The notes beneath the pieces are model-generated. The model was not told the origin of the DNA and searched no databases. It saw only the letters and a list, made by a program, of their open reading frames with translations. Below are positions 39,301-51,898 of a stretch of 64,000 nt of DNA, piece by piece. A program made the translations under genes and the position numbers. Source of the stretch: Tubiluchus corallicola (lineage: Eukaryota; Animalia; Priapulida); contig JAQGDQ010000439.1 in assembly GCA_030141605.1 (NCBI GenBank), positions 133,161-197,160 on the forward strand, read 5' to 3'. Numbering within the stretch: position 1 is the first letter of the stretch; the number at the start of each line of letters is the position of its first letter.

Positions 39301-42300
39301 TCACGCAATGTTATCTAAACTGGTTTCAAACTACCTATCATTAAAATGGCTGTGCCTAACAGTCATCACGGGAGTTTAAATTTTCACGTTTTACACAGCG
39401 TTACTGCCGATGCAAGTAAGTAAGTGGTATAAAATTTCAAGACGACTTTTTAAGCTTTATGTAAGTGGAGGATTTTCCTGTGCTTTAACTTAAGGCCTAT
39501 CAATTTTTAATACGTGTGCTATTTTGTTAACAATTAACCTACAGCCGAAGGTTCTTCTTCTAACTTTTCACAATAACTGCTCAAAGACGCGAAGAATATC
39601 ACAGCCGTTACTTCAGCAAAAAAATGTATCCACTTCTTGCGTTGATTTTTTTGTCCGGCCACATCAATAACCCTGAAGAACATTAAAATTTTCACTTAAT
39701 AATTGAAATTTTAAACTTATATTGACGCGTTTAGACCTATAGTCAATGCTGGATTACCTTAGAGTCTAGTATAGGCTGCAGCCTAGAGCCTCTCTAGCTT
39801 GGGAGGGGGCAAACTTAGCATTGCTGAAAATTCATATAACTTAAAATAAAATTTCAACTTTAAGAACGTAGGTCAAAAAGTCTGAAAATTAAAGTGGCTC
39901 CTCAGTTAAGATAAGGGATCCCTGTTTGAGGTCTTGTATTTGAGACAAAGAGCCCTTGTTTGAGGCCCTTTATTTGAGATAAAAGCCCCTCTTTGAAGCC
40001 CTTTATTCGGATTAAGGAGCCACCAGCTATGCAAATGTTGCTGAAATATATCACAAGTAAAAAATTATTCGAACCTTGTGCGAGCAATTTAGAGGGTGGC
40101 TCCGTCTGCGGTGACCAAATAATTTCATTAGCCTAGGGGCCCCAAAAGGTCATAATCCGGCCCTGCTTATAGTGCTATTATTTAGAACAAACAATGTAAC
40201 AAATTTACATTCTTTAAATCTACAAATCTACTTCTTAGTTATATCTACTTAAGTAATTACAATGGTTATTACTTTACCTATAATTTAGCCCATTTACTAC
40301 AAAAATGTGTTCTTGAATGCCTATAGTCGGTTTTCTTATGTACAGCACGTCCTGTAACGTAGGCACGTAGTTTGGCATAGAGATGCGATCTACGTTTTCT
40401 AGAAAACTGAAAAAAACACGTGATTAAATGCAGTATTGAGTAGATATCTCACTGCGTCCATTAGCAAACAAAATCCTCTTAAAATTTATTTCGCCAGGTG
40501 AAACATGGTTTTGTCTTCATTCACAGGTTGCATTCATGGTTTCCTTTCTGCTAATGAATGGCGTTTACCACGATAAGATTTGCTGAAAAAGTATTGCGTA
40601 TATATATATATGTTGTAAACCTTAGCCATGTATACATATATATGCATGGCTAAAGCTTACAAAGTTAAAGTATATATATATATACGGGTTAAGGGTAATA
40701 TACGTAATATACGCAAAATGTTTCACAAGCTATCGAATACATGGATTGCTGAATAATACGAGTAACGACACAGAAAACCTATTCAGCGTTCCGTGTATTC
40801 GAGGAAGTTATGAAACGTTTTTGCATGTCTGTTACACTTGAAATAAAGTCATAAAAGCTTCTGTTGGTTCACTAGATGGAAGTACCTCATTTTTTTATAA
40901 TACAGGTAACAGCATGTTTTGCCTAATATAACAACATGCCTTCCTAAGGAAAAGAAAGCTCTATAATCTGTCGTAAATGTGTAGGCCTGTAACCACGAAA
41001 GTAATTCTCAGAATAGTACTTAATGGGTACCAGATTCTCATGGACTTTCCGCTGCTCTAATTGTTCTTCAAACGTGATTCCCTTACTAGTAATTGCTTGC
41101 GGTTTCCTCTGACTGTAAACTAATATTGGTCAGTTTGAGTGGAAGGACAATTGGTAGCTACTGTTGCTAACACAAATATCGTTGATAATAAGTTTTTGCC
41201 CTTTTTACCGTTATAGATATCATCGATTTTCACCAACTGAGTTTTATATTCTTTCGGTGCTGTTGGTTTCTGTTTTTCGGTTATTTCTTGTCAATGTTTT
41301 TCTATATAGACGGGATAGTTATTACCATTATCCTTGAGTCACCAGCTAACGCTTTCTAACAGCTTTTTAAGAAGGCAGAAGCGGCAAAAAGAATGATAAA
41401 CTTACAAGACGTCAGTTTGGGAAACTGGAATGTCATATTCATCTTTTCTTTCATAGCTCAGTTGCACTCCTCTGTCTTGCCATATTTTTTTCACAGTTTC
41501 CATGCTAATATTAATATGATTAGTTGGTTCTGGTGGACAACAGGTCGCCTCACTATGCCCTGTAGGACTGCTTCGGGAAAGAGCCAAAAGACTGCGACGC
41601 CTTTTCTCAGAAACCTGTTGCACAAACTCCTCCGTTATTTCCTGAAATGTTAAGCACGTCTTTACTTTTATACCGTCTGCACCAGAACAGTCTTAACAGC
41701 ATTATGGGCCGTTTTAGAGAAGTGATCGTTTTAGAGAAAGGCTGGTGATTTAAGAACAGTCGTTGAGTTGAATTGCAGTTTAGATTTTGCATATTCATGT
41801 GCGTTTTATTTTTGTTACACGTTGTTGTCCTGTCAGGATATTGGCACGCTATTAACTCTGGTCGTCCAAATAGAATCTACGAGGAACTGCTGAACTGACT
41901 TAATTAAAACAACTATAACCTAAAGTAGAGACAAGCGCCACATTGCGTAATATTTTGTAAGTGATACATAGAACTTTGTATTTAGTTCGCTTCTTTATGG
42001 GAAGCCAATGTCACTGAGGAAAGGAACTGGAGTAACGTGATGACGCGTCTTTGTGCTTGTAATGAGTCTTGTTAATTTCAAAATCGGAAATTCCAAAAAT
42101 TAAGCTGTTACAATAGTTCATCCGAGTAACAAAAGCATGTATAAGTTTTTGGGCTGAATCTTTGATCTAATATTTTCCTAACTTTTCTTAAAGATGATAA
42201 CAATAAACCAAGAAATTTTCACTTGCGACACGCAGTCGGGCAGTTATCATGTTTCGCCGGACTTTAGGGCTTAATTGGACCTTTAACTGGGTACCAATGT

Positions 42301-43233
42301 GACTTCACTAGTTCAGATGTTAATTGGTTCACCTTTAGTTGGGTTTTCACCGTAATATTGCAACCATAATGGTAACGTACTTCTCGAAAACTGACTAGAA
42401 TCCCTTTACAAGCAATGCGCACATCAAGTGGCAATTAAAATCAGTCACTCAAGGGCATATTTAACTTACCTTGGTTTCGTTTTGTTCCATTTTAATGCTG
42501 TAGGTTTTCATGTAATCAACGACAGTCTTCAATGCATCGCAAATGTTACCGAACACTAGTGGTCGTAATTTTGCCCGTTCTTCTTCGGGATAACCGTCTC
42601 CGTACAAGATCCGTAATTGCTTCGTAAATGTGCTTTTGCCCGAACCAGCCGAACCTGAACAATATAAATAATTGAATTTTATGTTTTTGGTTGATTCTGT
42701 CCTGAAGTGTAGATGCAAATAACAAAAGACGTTTCAAGAATAAAAATAGTATAAATGTTCAAGGATATAGTAACGATTTAAAATAATGATGATAATGATG
42801 GCGATTGTGACGATTATGACGACGACGACGTCGATGATGATGATGATGGCGATGACGATGATGATCATGATCATGAAGATGGTGATAATATGCTTATGAC
42901 GGCATTGATACGGGTGATGACAAGTACAAGGCAGCGGCAGTAGCGGCATCCGTGATGGTGACAGTGACGTGAATCATAGCACGAGCTAGCCAATAACGTT
43001 AGACTTAATAATCTATATGGTACATGTAATAGACCGATTTCAATATTAGATTGCCAAGCAATTTTCTCTTTGGCAGAAGTACTGTACTGAGTGCACGTAA
43101 TAATTATTTGTTATTAGTGAACAATACCTAATATAAGTAGTTGTATTTCCTTAGCTCGTTTCTCTCGGGCTTCATCTATCTGATGGTCAATACTTCTACT
43201 TCGTAACACAGCTGACTTCTGGGATTTGTCCAT
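33332..43233 (-). CDS. Divergent heterotrimeric G-protein alpha subunit, ~374 aa, 7 exons
   Basis: Exons 43233-43128, 42654-42470, 41641-41406, 40406-40278, 39672-39543, 34349-34196, 33516(or 33531)-33332, all phase-consistent. Motifs LLILGSAGSGKST, IWQDRGVQ..YER, YVPTLQDVLYIRKPTIGIQE, DVAGQKNQRKKWIHFF, ILFLNKKD, SCATDT. Confidence 0.92.
36106..37774 (-). pseudogene. Decayed ORF of unknown function nested in G-alpha intron 5, interrupted by a hAT MITE
   Basis: ORF 37774-37463 continues past one TAA to 37361. Removing the MITE plus one TSD copy joins it in frame to SSARGGKKPQF... Further overlapping ORFs (36721-36398, 36396-36106) suggest frameshifts. Confidence 0.5.
36881..37360. mobile_element. 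Non-autonomous hAT-type element (MITE)
   Basis: Perfect 12-bp TIR CAGTGGCGTAAC / GTTACGCCACTG; 8-bp TSD AGTGAGCA / AGTGAGTA; internal GGCCCTTGGACAAAT-type repeats. Confidence 0.85.
39744..40165. mobile_element. Non-autonomous hAT-type element (MITE) in G-alpha intron 4
   Basis: TIR CAATGCTGGATTA vs reverse complement CAGGGCCGGATTA; 8-bp TSD CCTATAGT / CTTATAGT; three internal ~33-bp imperfect tandem repeats near 39920-40020. Confidence 0.75.
40597..40686. repeat. ~90-bp imperfect palindrome with (TA)n arms (mini-MITE or hairpin)
   Basis: TGTAAACCTTAGCCATGTATA vs reverse complement TGTAAGCTTTAGCCATGCATA, flanked by CGTATATATATATAT arms. Confidence 0.75.
42783..42890. repeat. Degenerate (GAT/GAC)n microsatellite
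   Basis: Directly visible in G-alpha intron 1. Confidence 0.85.
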
Positions 43234-43856
43234 TTTGATGTTGGGTTGCTTTGGCTCATGTAAAAGCTATCTTCAAAGCACAAATTGCAAACATGAAGCG
43301 TGAGATTAATTACAAGTAAAGTTAAAAAGACTGAAAATAGGATAGGTTAACATTCATTCTTACGAAAGTGGGTATGTTAAAAAACTATCTTTGCCATCGT
43401 TACTAAATAGTGATTACCACACTTATAAACAAAATATGATAAAGAGCACTGTCAAAACTAGAAAAATCGGAAAATGAGGGACACTCCCTTTGTCATCTAA
43501 AATATGCCGTCGTCGACCATAAGGTAACATCATTATAAAGCATACACATTTCTCAACAAACTCCTAATTATAACAAATACTGTACCTGTAGTTTGAAAGA
43601 AAGAAAGAATAGTTTGCATAATCAGGAATCCAGTTATTTTTATAATACTAACAGTACCTTTAATTGAATGTAAGCGCGGATGCAGCCTAAGCTGGGGCAT
43701 GACACAAGGCGCTGACAACTTGTGGTAGCAAGCAGAACGCCTTCAAATGCAATCAGTTGATTAGAATAGTGGCAGCACAATGCGCGCTGATTAGTTCAAC
43801 CGATTTACGACACCCAGAATACAGAAACACCGTCATAAAAATGTTTAAAAGAAAAC

Positions 43857-43957
<101 letters not shown>

Positions 43958-46799
43958 GAAGAGATAATAATAAGAATATATAGAAGTCAGTACCAAACTT
44001 GGTACTTGGTGAACAATGTCACTAGTACGATGACGCAAGCCAAGCAAACTTTTTTGCAGACAGAATAAGTAAAAGAGCTTTTATTATTCACTCCAAAACG
44101 GAATAGCGGCGGTTCTTTGGCGTAGATACATGAGGCGGACCATACAATATATGTTTGGTCCGCAGACACTCAACTAGGCATCAGCCGTTTACCTGGGCAT
44201 TTTATACGTGTTCATTAGCCGTGCACTTTCTTTTGGAAATGGTCGTTTGTTTGGACAAAGAAATTAAAGCGTACCAGATTTTTATTTGGAATATAAACAC
44301 TTAGCCATAGACGCTTTGAACACTTGTGCAATGGACACTCGGATTATATCGATTGTTACTACGCAGGAAAATCCAAAGCGTAGAGAAAAAAATCATATGC
44401 TTTTTCAAACTCGTCATCTAAAGCCCTCCAGCAGCTTAATCGATTTTACAGTAAAGTTCTTTCGACAGAATTTGTTTGGTTTGAAAAACACCGTGAAAAT
44501 GACTTCAAGATTAGCGGTTGTGCTAATAAAGTGATAAATCACACTGTTGCGATTTCCTCGACTGTTGTATCAAACACTATCAATCATTCGTAGAACAGTA
44601 AAATCGTTCCAGATTCATTTGAACAGCCATCGGTGCTAATTCATGAACAAAGAAATATCCTGGCCTAAAGATGTGAAGGCATGGCGATTGTATAAAATGT
44701 AGATAGGTGTGTGAAGTTAGCTAAGAAAGTCAAGGCACATCCTAGAACTGCATACGAATGGTGGCTGTATAGACACGTTTGTGACACTGACTAAGAATGT
44801 CAAGGCAGCTTAAAATTGTGTAGGCGTGGTGGATGTACCTACATGAGCATTAACTAAGAAAGTCAAGATAGGCTTAAGACTGAACAAGCGATTTTTTGGC
44901 AAAACTGTTTTTCGTAAGTTACAAGGGTGCTTGACCAATTTGACGTGACACTTCGAAATCACTGAGCGCACAACACACAATATCATAGGCTCTTGTAATC
45001 TTGCTTGTGTAAACATGCTACCGTTACTTGGTCTTAATGTTAATTTAATAAAATTAAATAATTTAGAAACGCAAAATAGAGCCTTCGTCTTAGGTAATCA
45101 GAACATATAAACAATATATACGTGTTCTGAAATGGATTTCATAACCAAATTTAGAGGTGATAATGTCTCGAATGGGTATGATTGACTCAGAATACTGTAT
45201 TCTGAAGTAAACTGAAACAAGTAAAGGACATAATAGAAAGACAGTCCTCTGTTGGCCAACTATGCTTTTGCCAACCCAAGAGCTGATTACGATAAATCAA
45301 TGCTACACTGCAGTGCATGGGATTGTGCTTTATTAATGATAATAATTAACGATATTTTATGTGATGCGCATATATAATGTAATGTGATAATACATTAATG
45401 TGCATAAATCAGCAATTATAGTCAGCAGATGCATTATAAAACAGTTCTACAATAAGAATGACTGCAGTAAAATTTAAGAATACAATAAAAATTCACAAGG
45501 CAACTAATTAAACGATATTGCAAAAATCAGCTTTAGGACTCACACTAGTTAAACGTTACAGTAAACAGATAAACAATTAAAACTGTTAAAATCAGCAATA
45601 TATTACTTTACAACAAAGTAGATGAACATTTAACGTTTAAAGGATCAATAAGGCAAATAAAGTTCATTCGTCTCCAGAAGCTTTTAGATCAGATTTCCCA
45701 TTCTTAACGCTAATATTAGCGATCTGTTATTTGCTTTATGTAATTCATATTTTTATGTAATTATACATATAGTTAGGTGTTTTACTGCATTTCATGTGCC
45801 ACAAAGGTTTTTATTACCTTTGTGACACATTTAAATAGCTCCAAATTTATTAATTGAAGCTTTGCAAACTGATCTTTTCTTTCGTGTCGAATTTGACAAA
45901 GTGTTTGTCTAATTTAGTATTTTTGTCTAATTCTGTTAAATTCTGCTTTTATTATGATTAATTTTGCAAAGTATGTTAATCTGTCGAATCTAATATTTTT
46001 GTCTAATGTTTGTTGAACTGTTGCTTTTATTCTGTCTAAATTTACAAAGTAGTTCATGATTTGTCTCTTTTAGTATGTTTGTCAATTTTTTAGTTTTGTT
46101 TCATTTTAATGTATTTTGTCCTATTTTATATTTTAACTACTAGCAACATGCCATGGACCGTTATTGAAATATTGTGTATACAATTTGATGCATTCCATGT
46201 AAAAATTCTATTCTATTCTATTCAGAGCGTAAGGTGACAGGTAAGGTTACAGAGTTAAAAAAGTGCCAATGTTGCAATATTGCAGTTGAACAGGCCTTAA
46301 TATTAGGAATGTAAAAGAACCAATTCATTTGCAAAAAAATTATTTTTTACAAAACGCTTTTAGGTAAATTCTGGCGAACTTATTGACTATTTTGTTCTGA
46401 TTTTCGTGTTTATATGTTAAGTATACGTCACTTCAAGCTCCACAATATACAGGAAACGATGTGCTGAGCAAAGCTCTTTGCGGGAGAATTATTTTGAATA
46501 ATGTCAATTCAAGCTGCGTGAATAAGATCATCGTGCACTGGTTTTACTAGGTTGCTTGATGTGTTTTAGCTGATTGCAGCTGCAAATGGCAGCCTGCCTG
46601 ATTCAACATTTTACTTGGCCTAATAAATATGAATAAATTCGTCTTTGCGAATTTAACTAGACTCATCCTTTATGAGGTAAGTGACAATATCGTGACTGCG
46701 CTCGATAGTTAAAATGCCTCACAGTATATGACAGCTTAGTATGGTCTTATAGCATATTAGTAGTTGCATTACATTTAAACGTGTTCGTTGCAAAATTGC

Positions 46800-46800
<1 letters not shown>

Positions 46801-46853
<53 letters not shown>

Positions 46854-46880
46854 GTCATCGTCATCATCATCATCGTCATT

Positions 46881-46950
<70 letters not shown>

Positions 46951-47000
46951 CCATCGTTCATCGTTCATCGTTCATCGTTCATCGTTCATCGTTCATCGTC
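46801..47000. repeat. (CAT)n microsatellite followed by (CATCGTT)n
   Basis: Directly visible; it generates the poly-H, poly-D and poly-I ORFs. Confidence 0.98.
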
Positions 47001-47239
47001 ATAATCGACATTATTGTCGCCTTCGACGTCTTTGTTGACATTTATCTTTACACAAAGTATGGTCATAGTTTAGTAAAACTGGTAGGCAACTGTGACAACT
47101 AGATTTTGAAACGCTTATAAAATCATCTGCATTAATTATTTTACTTTGAAAAGTGAAAACAGAACCATAATTGTGTTGAAAATAAGTATGCAAAAACTTT
47201 TTTGCTGAAATATGTGTACGAGGTTATACATTTTAAGAA

Positions 47240-48093
47240 TATTCTTAATACCTAGCTAGCGGACTTGGACAATTGTTTGAATTTGTGAAATTGTAGTGGA
47301 AATGGTTTCTACAGCCAACTTTTTTCAAGTCTACATTTGGTAACTTTTCAGTATCAGCAGCATCCCTGATGAGTGTCTAAGGATGTGCTCTCTTCACATG
47401 AAATGCTGCAGCTTTATTAGTTGGATTTTGACTTTTGGATCTTTGTTTTTGCCGATGGTTTCAGACCTAAGAGTTCTTAGGTCAGTCCCTGGCTAACCTC
47501 CATATAAGCGAACCAAAAATTCAGATCCAACTTGCTTGATGATATTTTCTGGGGTGTTAAGGTTGCACATTTGGTCCAACATACCGGTTTTCGCAATTAC
47601 TATCACAAATTATACACCATTTTTAAAGTCAAATTATTGTTAGTGTAAATGCTTTTTAGGAGCAGGCTCACTTTTAGATTTTGTGGCATCACTTCCACTC
47701 CTCTTCAAGTGCCTTTCTAAGTTCAAGTAGCTTTTTGATGTACAATTTGTTGTACAAATGTTGTGAAACTTAATAGTGAAATTTGGGTTTTTATTTAAGG
47801 GAATCCTGCAGCTTGCTATGAGATTACCATTTTGCTGGTTGCTTGATTCAATTATTGTTTTAATACTTTTTTTCACGTCTAGTGAACAATAGAATCTTGT
47901 CACAGATAAAATAGCCAAAACTTTTTATTTGCAAGATTCATTGTTCACTTCTTAATTGTTGCTAAAGCTGAAACAGAACACTTATTGCAATGCAGAATAT
48001 GGCAGACAAACATCCTGGTATTTTACATGTGGTGCCATCTTGAGTTATAACAAATGCTAGGATAAAGGGCATTTTTGGCAATTTGGCGCACTA
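47240..48093 (-). mobile_element. Internally deleted Academ-like DNA transposon relic
   Basis: N-terminal remnant (FHNICTTNCTSKSYLNLERHLKR...PKKHLH*..FDFK) is followed directly by a C-terminal remnant (VGSEFLVRLYGG*...LRTLR.../PTNKAAAFHVKRAH..TLI..AAD....P.VD....G). The - strand begins TAGTGCGCCAAATTG at 48093. The other TIR was not found; superfamily assignment is from recalled motifs. Confidence 0.55.
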
Positions 48094-49085
48094 CATTGAA
48101 AAATAAGCATGAATCATTCACTTTGTCCGTGTATAAAGAACAATTAAAAGTTATAAGTTAGTAAACTATATCCTGAACAACATAATGTTTGGTTAACTTA
48201 GTTTCAAATCACTGTTTTAGAAATGCCCAAGCTTGCAAGCTTGGCATTAACCAGAATCTTTAAGTACACGTAACGAACAAACAAATTCGGCAAAGAAAGT
48301 TTACACTGCTTTTTACGCTTACGTCAAATTCTTGGATTGTGTACCGGACTATCAGGTTTGTTACCAAAAGTTTGGGCGACTCACAAATGAAATGAATACT
48401 GCACAATGATACAATGACAGGCTACAAGCTAGAAAATATGAAGGTACAAGTCAAATCCAGTCACAAAATCAGCCGGTAGCTTCGCATCAAATTGGTTGAA
48501 TTTGTGTAACATTTAAAATAAGCTCACGTCATTATGTTCGAATTTAGCGTCATTCTAATCAAATTCTGCGTGGTAATTTTCACCAACAACTACATGTTCT
48601 GCATCGACCATCAAGTTAACAGCTTTATAATGCAAGATCTATTTATTTTACTGTGGACAAGCATTTTAAGTAACTGTAAGTAAAATTTGCCTAAGCCAAA
48701 CAATTCACCAACTTCAGGTCACTGTCAACATATTACAAGTAGGTAAAGGTGTAACTGGAAATAATTACTGATTTTTACGTCGTTTGATATCGTTCATGCT
48801 AAACATAACGAGTTTCCTACTTTCTCTCTTTGCTGGGATCTTAAATCGGGAAGCCTTTAAAGGGGACGTCTGTAAGACCACTTATTCTGCAGATTCCGTA
48901 TGTATGTGTGGGCAGCCATGACTGAAATTGCAGCACTGGATATGATGTTGCAACTAATTAAAACGAAATGAGTCTGGCAGTTTTATGTGAAGCATGATTG
49001 CCGTGACATTTGCGAAAGAATCATTAAATGGAAAGAATTATTTGAAAAGACTATGCTTTAGGCGATATGAGTTGCTGCTTGTCGT

Positions 49086-49700
49086 TATTTATTTTATTTT
49101 ATTTCATATTCATTAAAAATATACGTTAAAAGAATAAATTATAAAACAATAAAAACATGAATGTCATGAGGAGAGACGTGACATGAGAATGACATGAATG
49201 AATGTCAGGAGGAGAAACGTAAAGACACAAGCGACTTACATATTGCACACAAGCCATTTACCAAAATTCAAAAACATTAATCTATTTTTCAAAAGTTTAG
49301 AATTGCCTGCAGTGACCAAAGGTGCATCATTTACTGAACTGGGTAAGGAATTCCATACTTGAACAACAGGGTTGGAGAAGAAAAACCCAAACCTTTTTTA
49401 TTCGTGCTACGAACGTACAGCTTGGGACTATGGTTAAATTTTGTCCTATCAGTGAATGCTCTAGCAAATTTTTTTTCGGGATTTAAATCCACATCCCTAT
49501 TAATTATTTTGTATCACATGACTAAATCGTTTAGCAATCGTCTCTCTCTAACGATCTTAAATGAATGTTTTTGAGTCCTTCTGGGCTGGTTTCGTTTGTG
49601 AAATTTAATGTCTTTGCACATTTTCAATAACATTGGTTTTCAACAACAAGACACATAAAAGATTCCCAAGTAGGCTACACCGGGGCTGAATGTAACACGC
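49086..49700 (-). mobile_element. CR1/L2-clade LINE, 3' end fragment
   Basis: - strand translation RRLLNDLVM*YKIINRDVDL...NHSPKLY...FFSNPVVQVWNSLPSSV, the typical CR1-group ORF2 C-terminus, followed by an (AAAAT)n tail near 49086-49105. Confidence 0.7.
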
Positions 49701-51341
49701 GCATGTTGAAGCAGCCTTTATGGGAGCTTTAACCGTTACCATTGTCTAAGAGTTCACGGGAAAACTAGGTAATGGTGACCTTTGAATAGCCTTTATATTA
49801 CATCCATGTCAGTAATGTCGAGGTTAGTGCAGCAGAGAACTGAGCTCTAGGCAGTTTTAACAACTGAAGGTAAATTTTTGCTTTTTTAGAATGTTTGGTC
49901 TACTAATTAAAGTACGCTATTAAGTAGTAAATAAGAAAGTACTAAGTTTCAAGTACGCTGTGCTATAGCAAGTTTTCCTAAAACACTGTCTGGTAAGTTA
50001 GAATCGCCTATGATAACAATAGGCAAACTGGTATCACTTAAAAACGAAGCAAAATCAAAACAATAATGAAAAAACATTGTGATGCATCAGTAGAATAGTT
50101 TGGCGGTCTGTTGATCACCATCAAAAAGAAAGAAAGAGCCCAAGTGCAGAAACATTCAGACAGACAAGTAAGCCATCAGATTTTGTTGTACAATTTCCCC
50201 GTTTTCGTACTCATGCTTCATTTTTGCTCATACAATAGGCTCTAGATGGTACGTTTTATACAATGGAATAATTACGCTTGTTCATTTAACATAAAAAATA
50301 TGGTCGTTTGAAAGACAATTTAATTGGAATAATTGTTCTGTAAAGTTGACTCGCATGATGAATAAGCTGATATAGAAAATAACTACATTGCATTATGGTC
50401 TACTTGCTTTGTCATTTCAGTTATGGAATCAGGTCAAACGACAAGCTTATAGTCAGTTAGGCAGTGCTGTTAACCAAAAAGAAGGAATGACTGGATTCAG
50501 TTTCCAAACTTTCACCAACAATAAGTTATTCTGACTAACATTCTGCCATTTTATTAGTCGGAAGGAAGGAAATAATATCAAAGTTGATTATTCTCACACA
50601 ATGGTCACTTTTTGACACCTTACTGACTGCTTGTCTTTCTGCCTGATGACTGACTAGTTAATTTACTTATTCATTGACAGACTCTAACTTAAATAGGATT
50701 GTTCTTTTACCTGTAGCACATATTGATGTGATATTGCTATTTCTTGGAAATTACTAAATTTTGAAGTAGGAATTGACCTTTTCCATGAAGAAATTTCTCA
50801 AAGTGACTCAGGCGCGCATAACTAATTCACGCGAACTAACAAAAAGATTGATGATTTAATTGTTTATGCTGATCTATTATTAATGTCTAATGCACATGCT
50901 GGCTTTCGTGACGAATGAACTCATTTTTCTCGACAAATGAGCATTCGTTTGACAAATAAATATTCTTTTTGTGTATAGTGTATGTGGATATTATTTCCAA
51001 CGTCTTTCATTATTTTTGAACATTTTTTTAAAATTACCAACAATTACAACAGAAATCTAAATAATAATTTTGTGGCTCTGTCTACGATTTATGAGAAATT
51101 CAGTAGCGTTAAACTTGGCTTCGTAAATCTGCTGCAGCAATTTGAATTTACGCTTATATACGATGCTCTTTTGTGAGTATAGCCACGCAGTGATTTTACA
51201 CCTCATATATAAGCTGGGCGACAGGCAGTGGTGTCTGTACGAGAACTTACTTCCTTGCTGTCATCCATGGCACACAGTTGTAGGTAGGTACAATTTATTT
51301 TTTATAAATGTATACAATTTTGTGCGTAATAAATAACAAAG

Positions 51342-51467
51342 TAATAAATAAATAAATAAATAAATAAATAAATGAATGAATGAATGAATGAATGAATGAA
51401 TGAATGAATGAATGAATGAATGAATGAATGAATGAATGAATGAATGAATAAATAAATAAATAAATAA
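51342..51467. repeat. Compound (AAAT)n/(GAAT)n microsatellite
   Basis: Directly visible. Confidence 0.95.
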
Positions 51468-51573
51468 GTAAAAGAATAAAGAATCAATATACTAGCATAG
51501 GCACAAAACTTCACATGTAGACTCAAGAAAATCGTTACAGATACGGATACAGATACAGATACAGATACATACC

Positions 51574-51800
51574 GGGTGGCGTAGCTCTATGGTAGCGTGC
51601 TCGCTTGCCACCCGGGGAGGTCGCGGGTTTAACTCTAAACCGAGCCAAAGACTTGAAAAATGGTACCGCTGGTTCTTCGACCAAGCATGCGGGTTTATTG
51701 AAGTAACGTGCGGGTAATAATAGACCACCTTGGAAATAAGTATTGAGTTACTTAAGGTGCTGCCCGTGGACTATGTCCTAAACGAAATTATTATTATTAT
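51574..51800 (+). mobile_element. tRNA-derived SINE inserted in an (ACAGAT)n microsatellite
   Basis: A-box-like TAGCTCTATGG, B-box-like GGTTTAACTC, core AAAGACTTGAAAAATGGTACC, (TTA)n tail; ACAGAT repeats on both sides. Confidence 0.75.
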
Positions 51801-51898
51801 ACAGATACAGATATAGATACAGATATAGATACAGATACAGATACAGATATAGATACAGATACAGATACAGATACAGATACAGATACAGATACAGATAC
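51800..51898. repeat. (ACAGAT)n microsatellite (other half at 51536-51570)
   Basis: Directly visible on both sides of the SINE. Confidence 0.95.

Noticed and set aside
41030-41390. Penelope-like RT/GIY-YIG remnant (LKDNG..YP) in G-alpha intron 3
   Set aside because: Only a few residues match; too degenerate to support.
43654-43720. Upstream coding exon supplying a lipidated G-alpha N-terminus
   Set aside because: Its donor phase joins out of frame at both candidate acceptors and it has no MG/C motif; at best a 5' UTR exon.
44660-44880. CRISPR array
   Set aside because: Eukaryotic context, repeats only ~17 bp and variable, spacers related to each other, no cas genes.
46719-47102. Poly-His, poly-Asp and poly-Ile ORFs
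   Set aside because: Translations of the (CAT)n microsatellite.
51574-51650. tRNA gene
   Set aside because: Degenerate B box, no clean cloverleaf, and it continues into a SINE body and (TTA)n tail.
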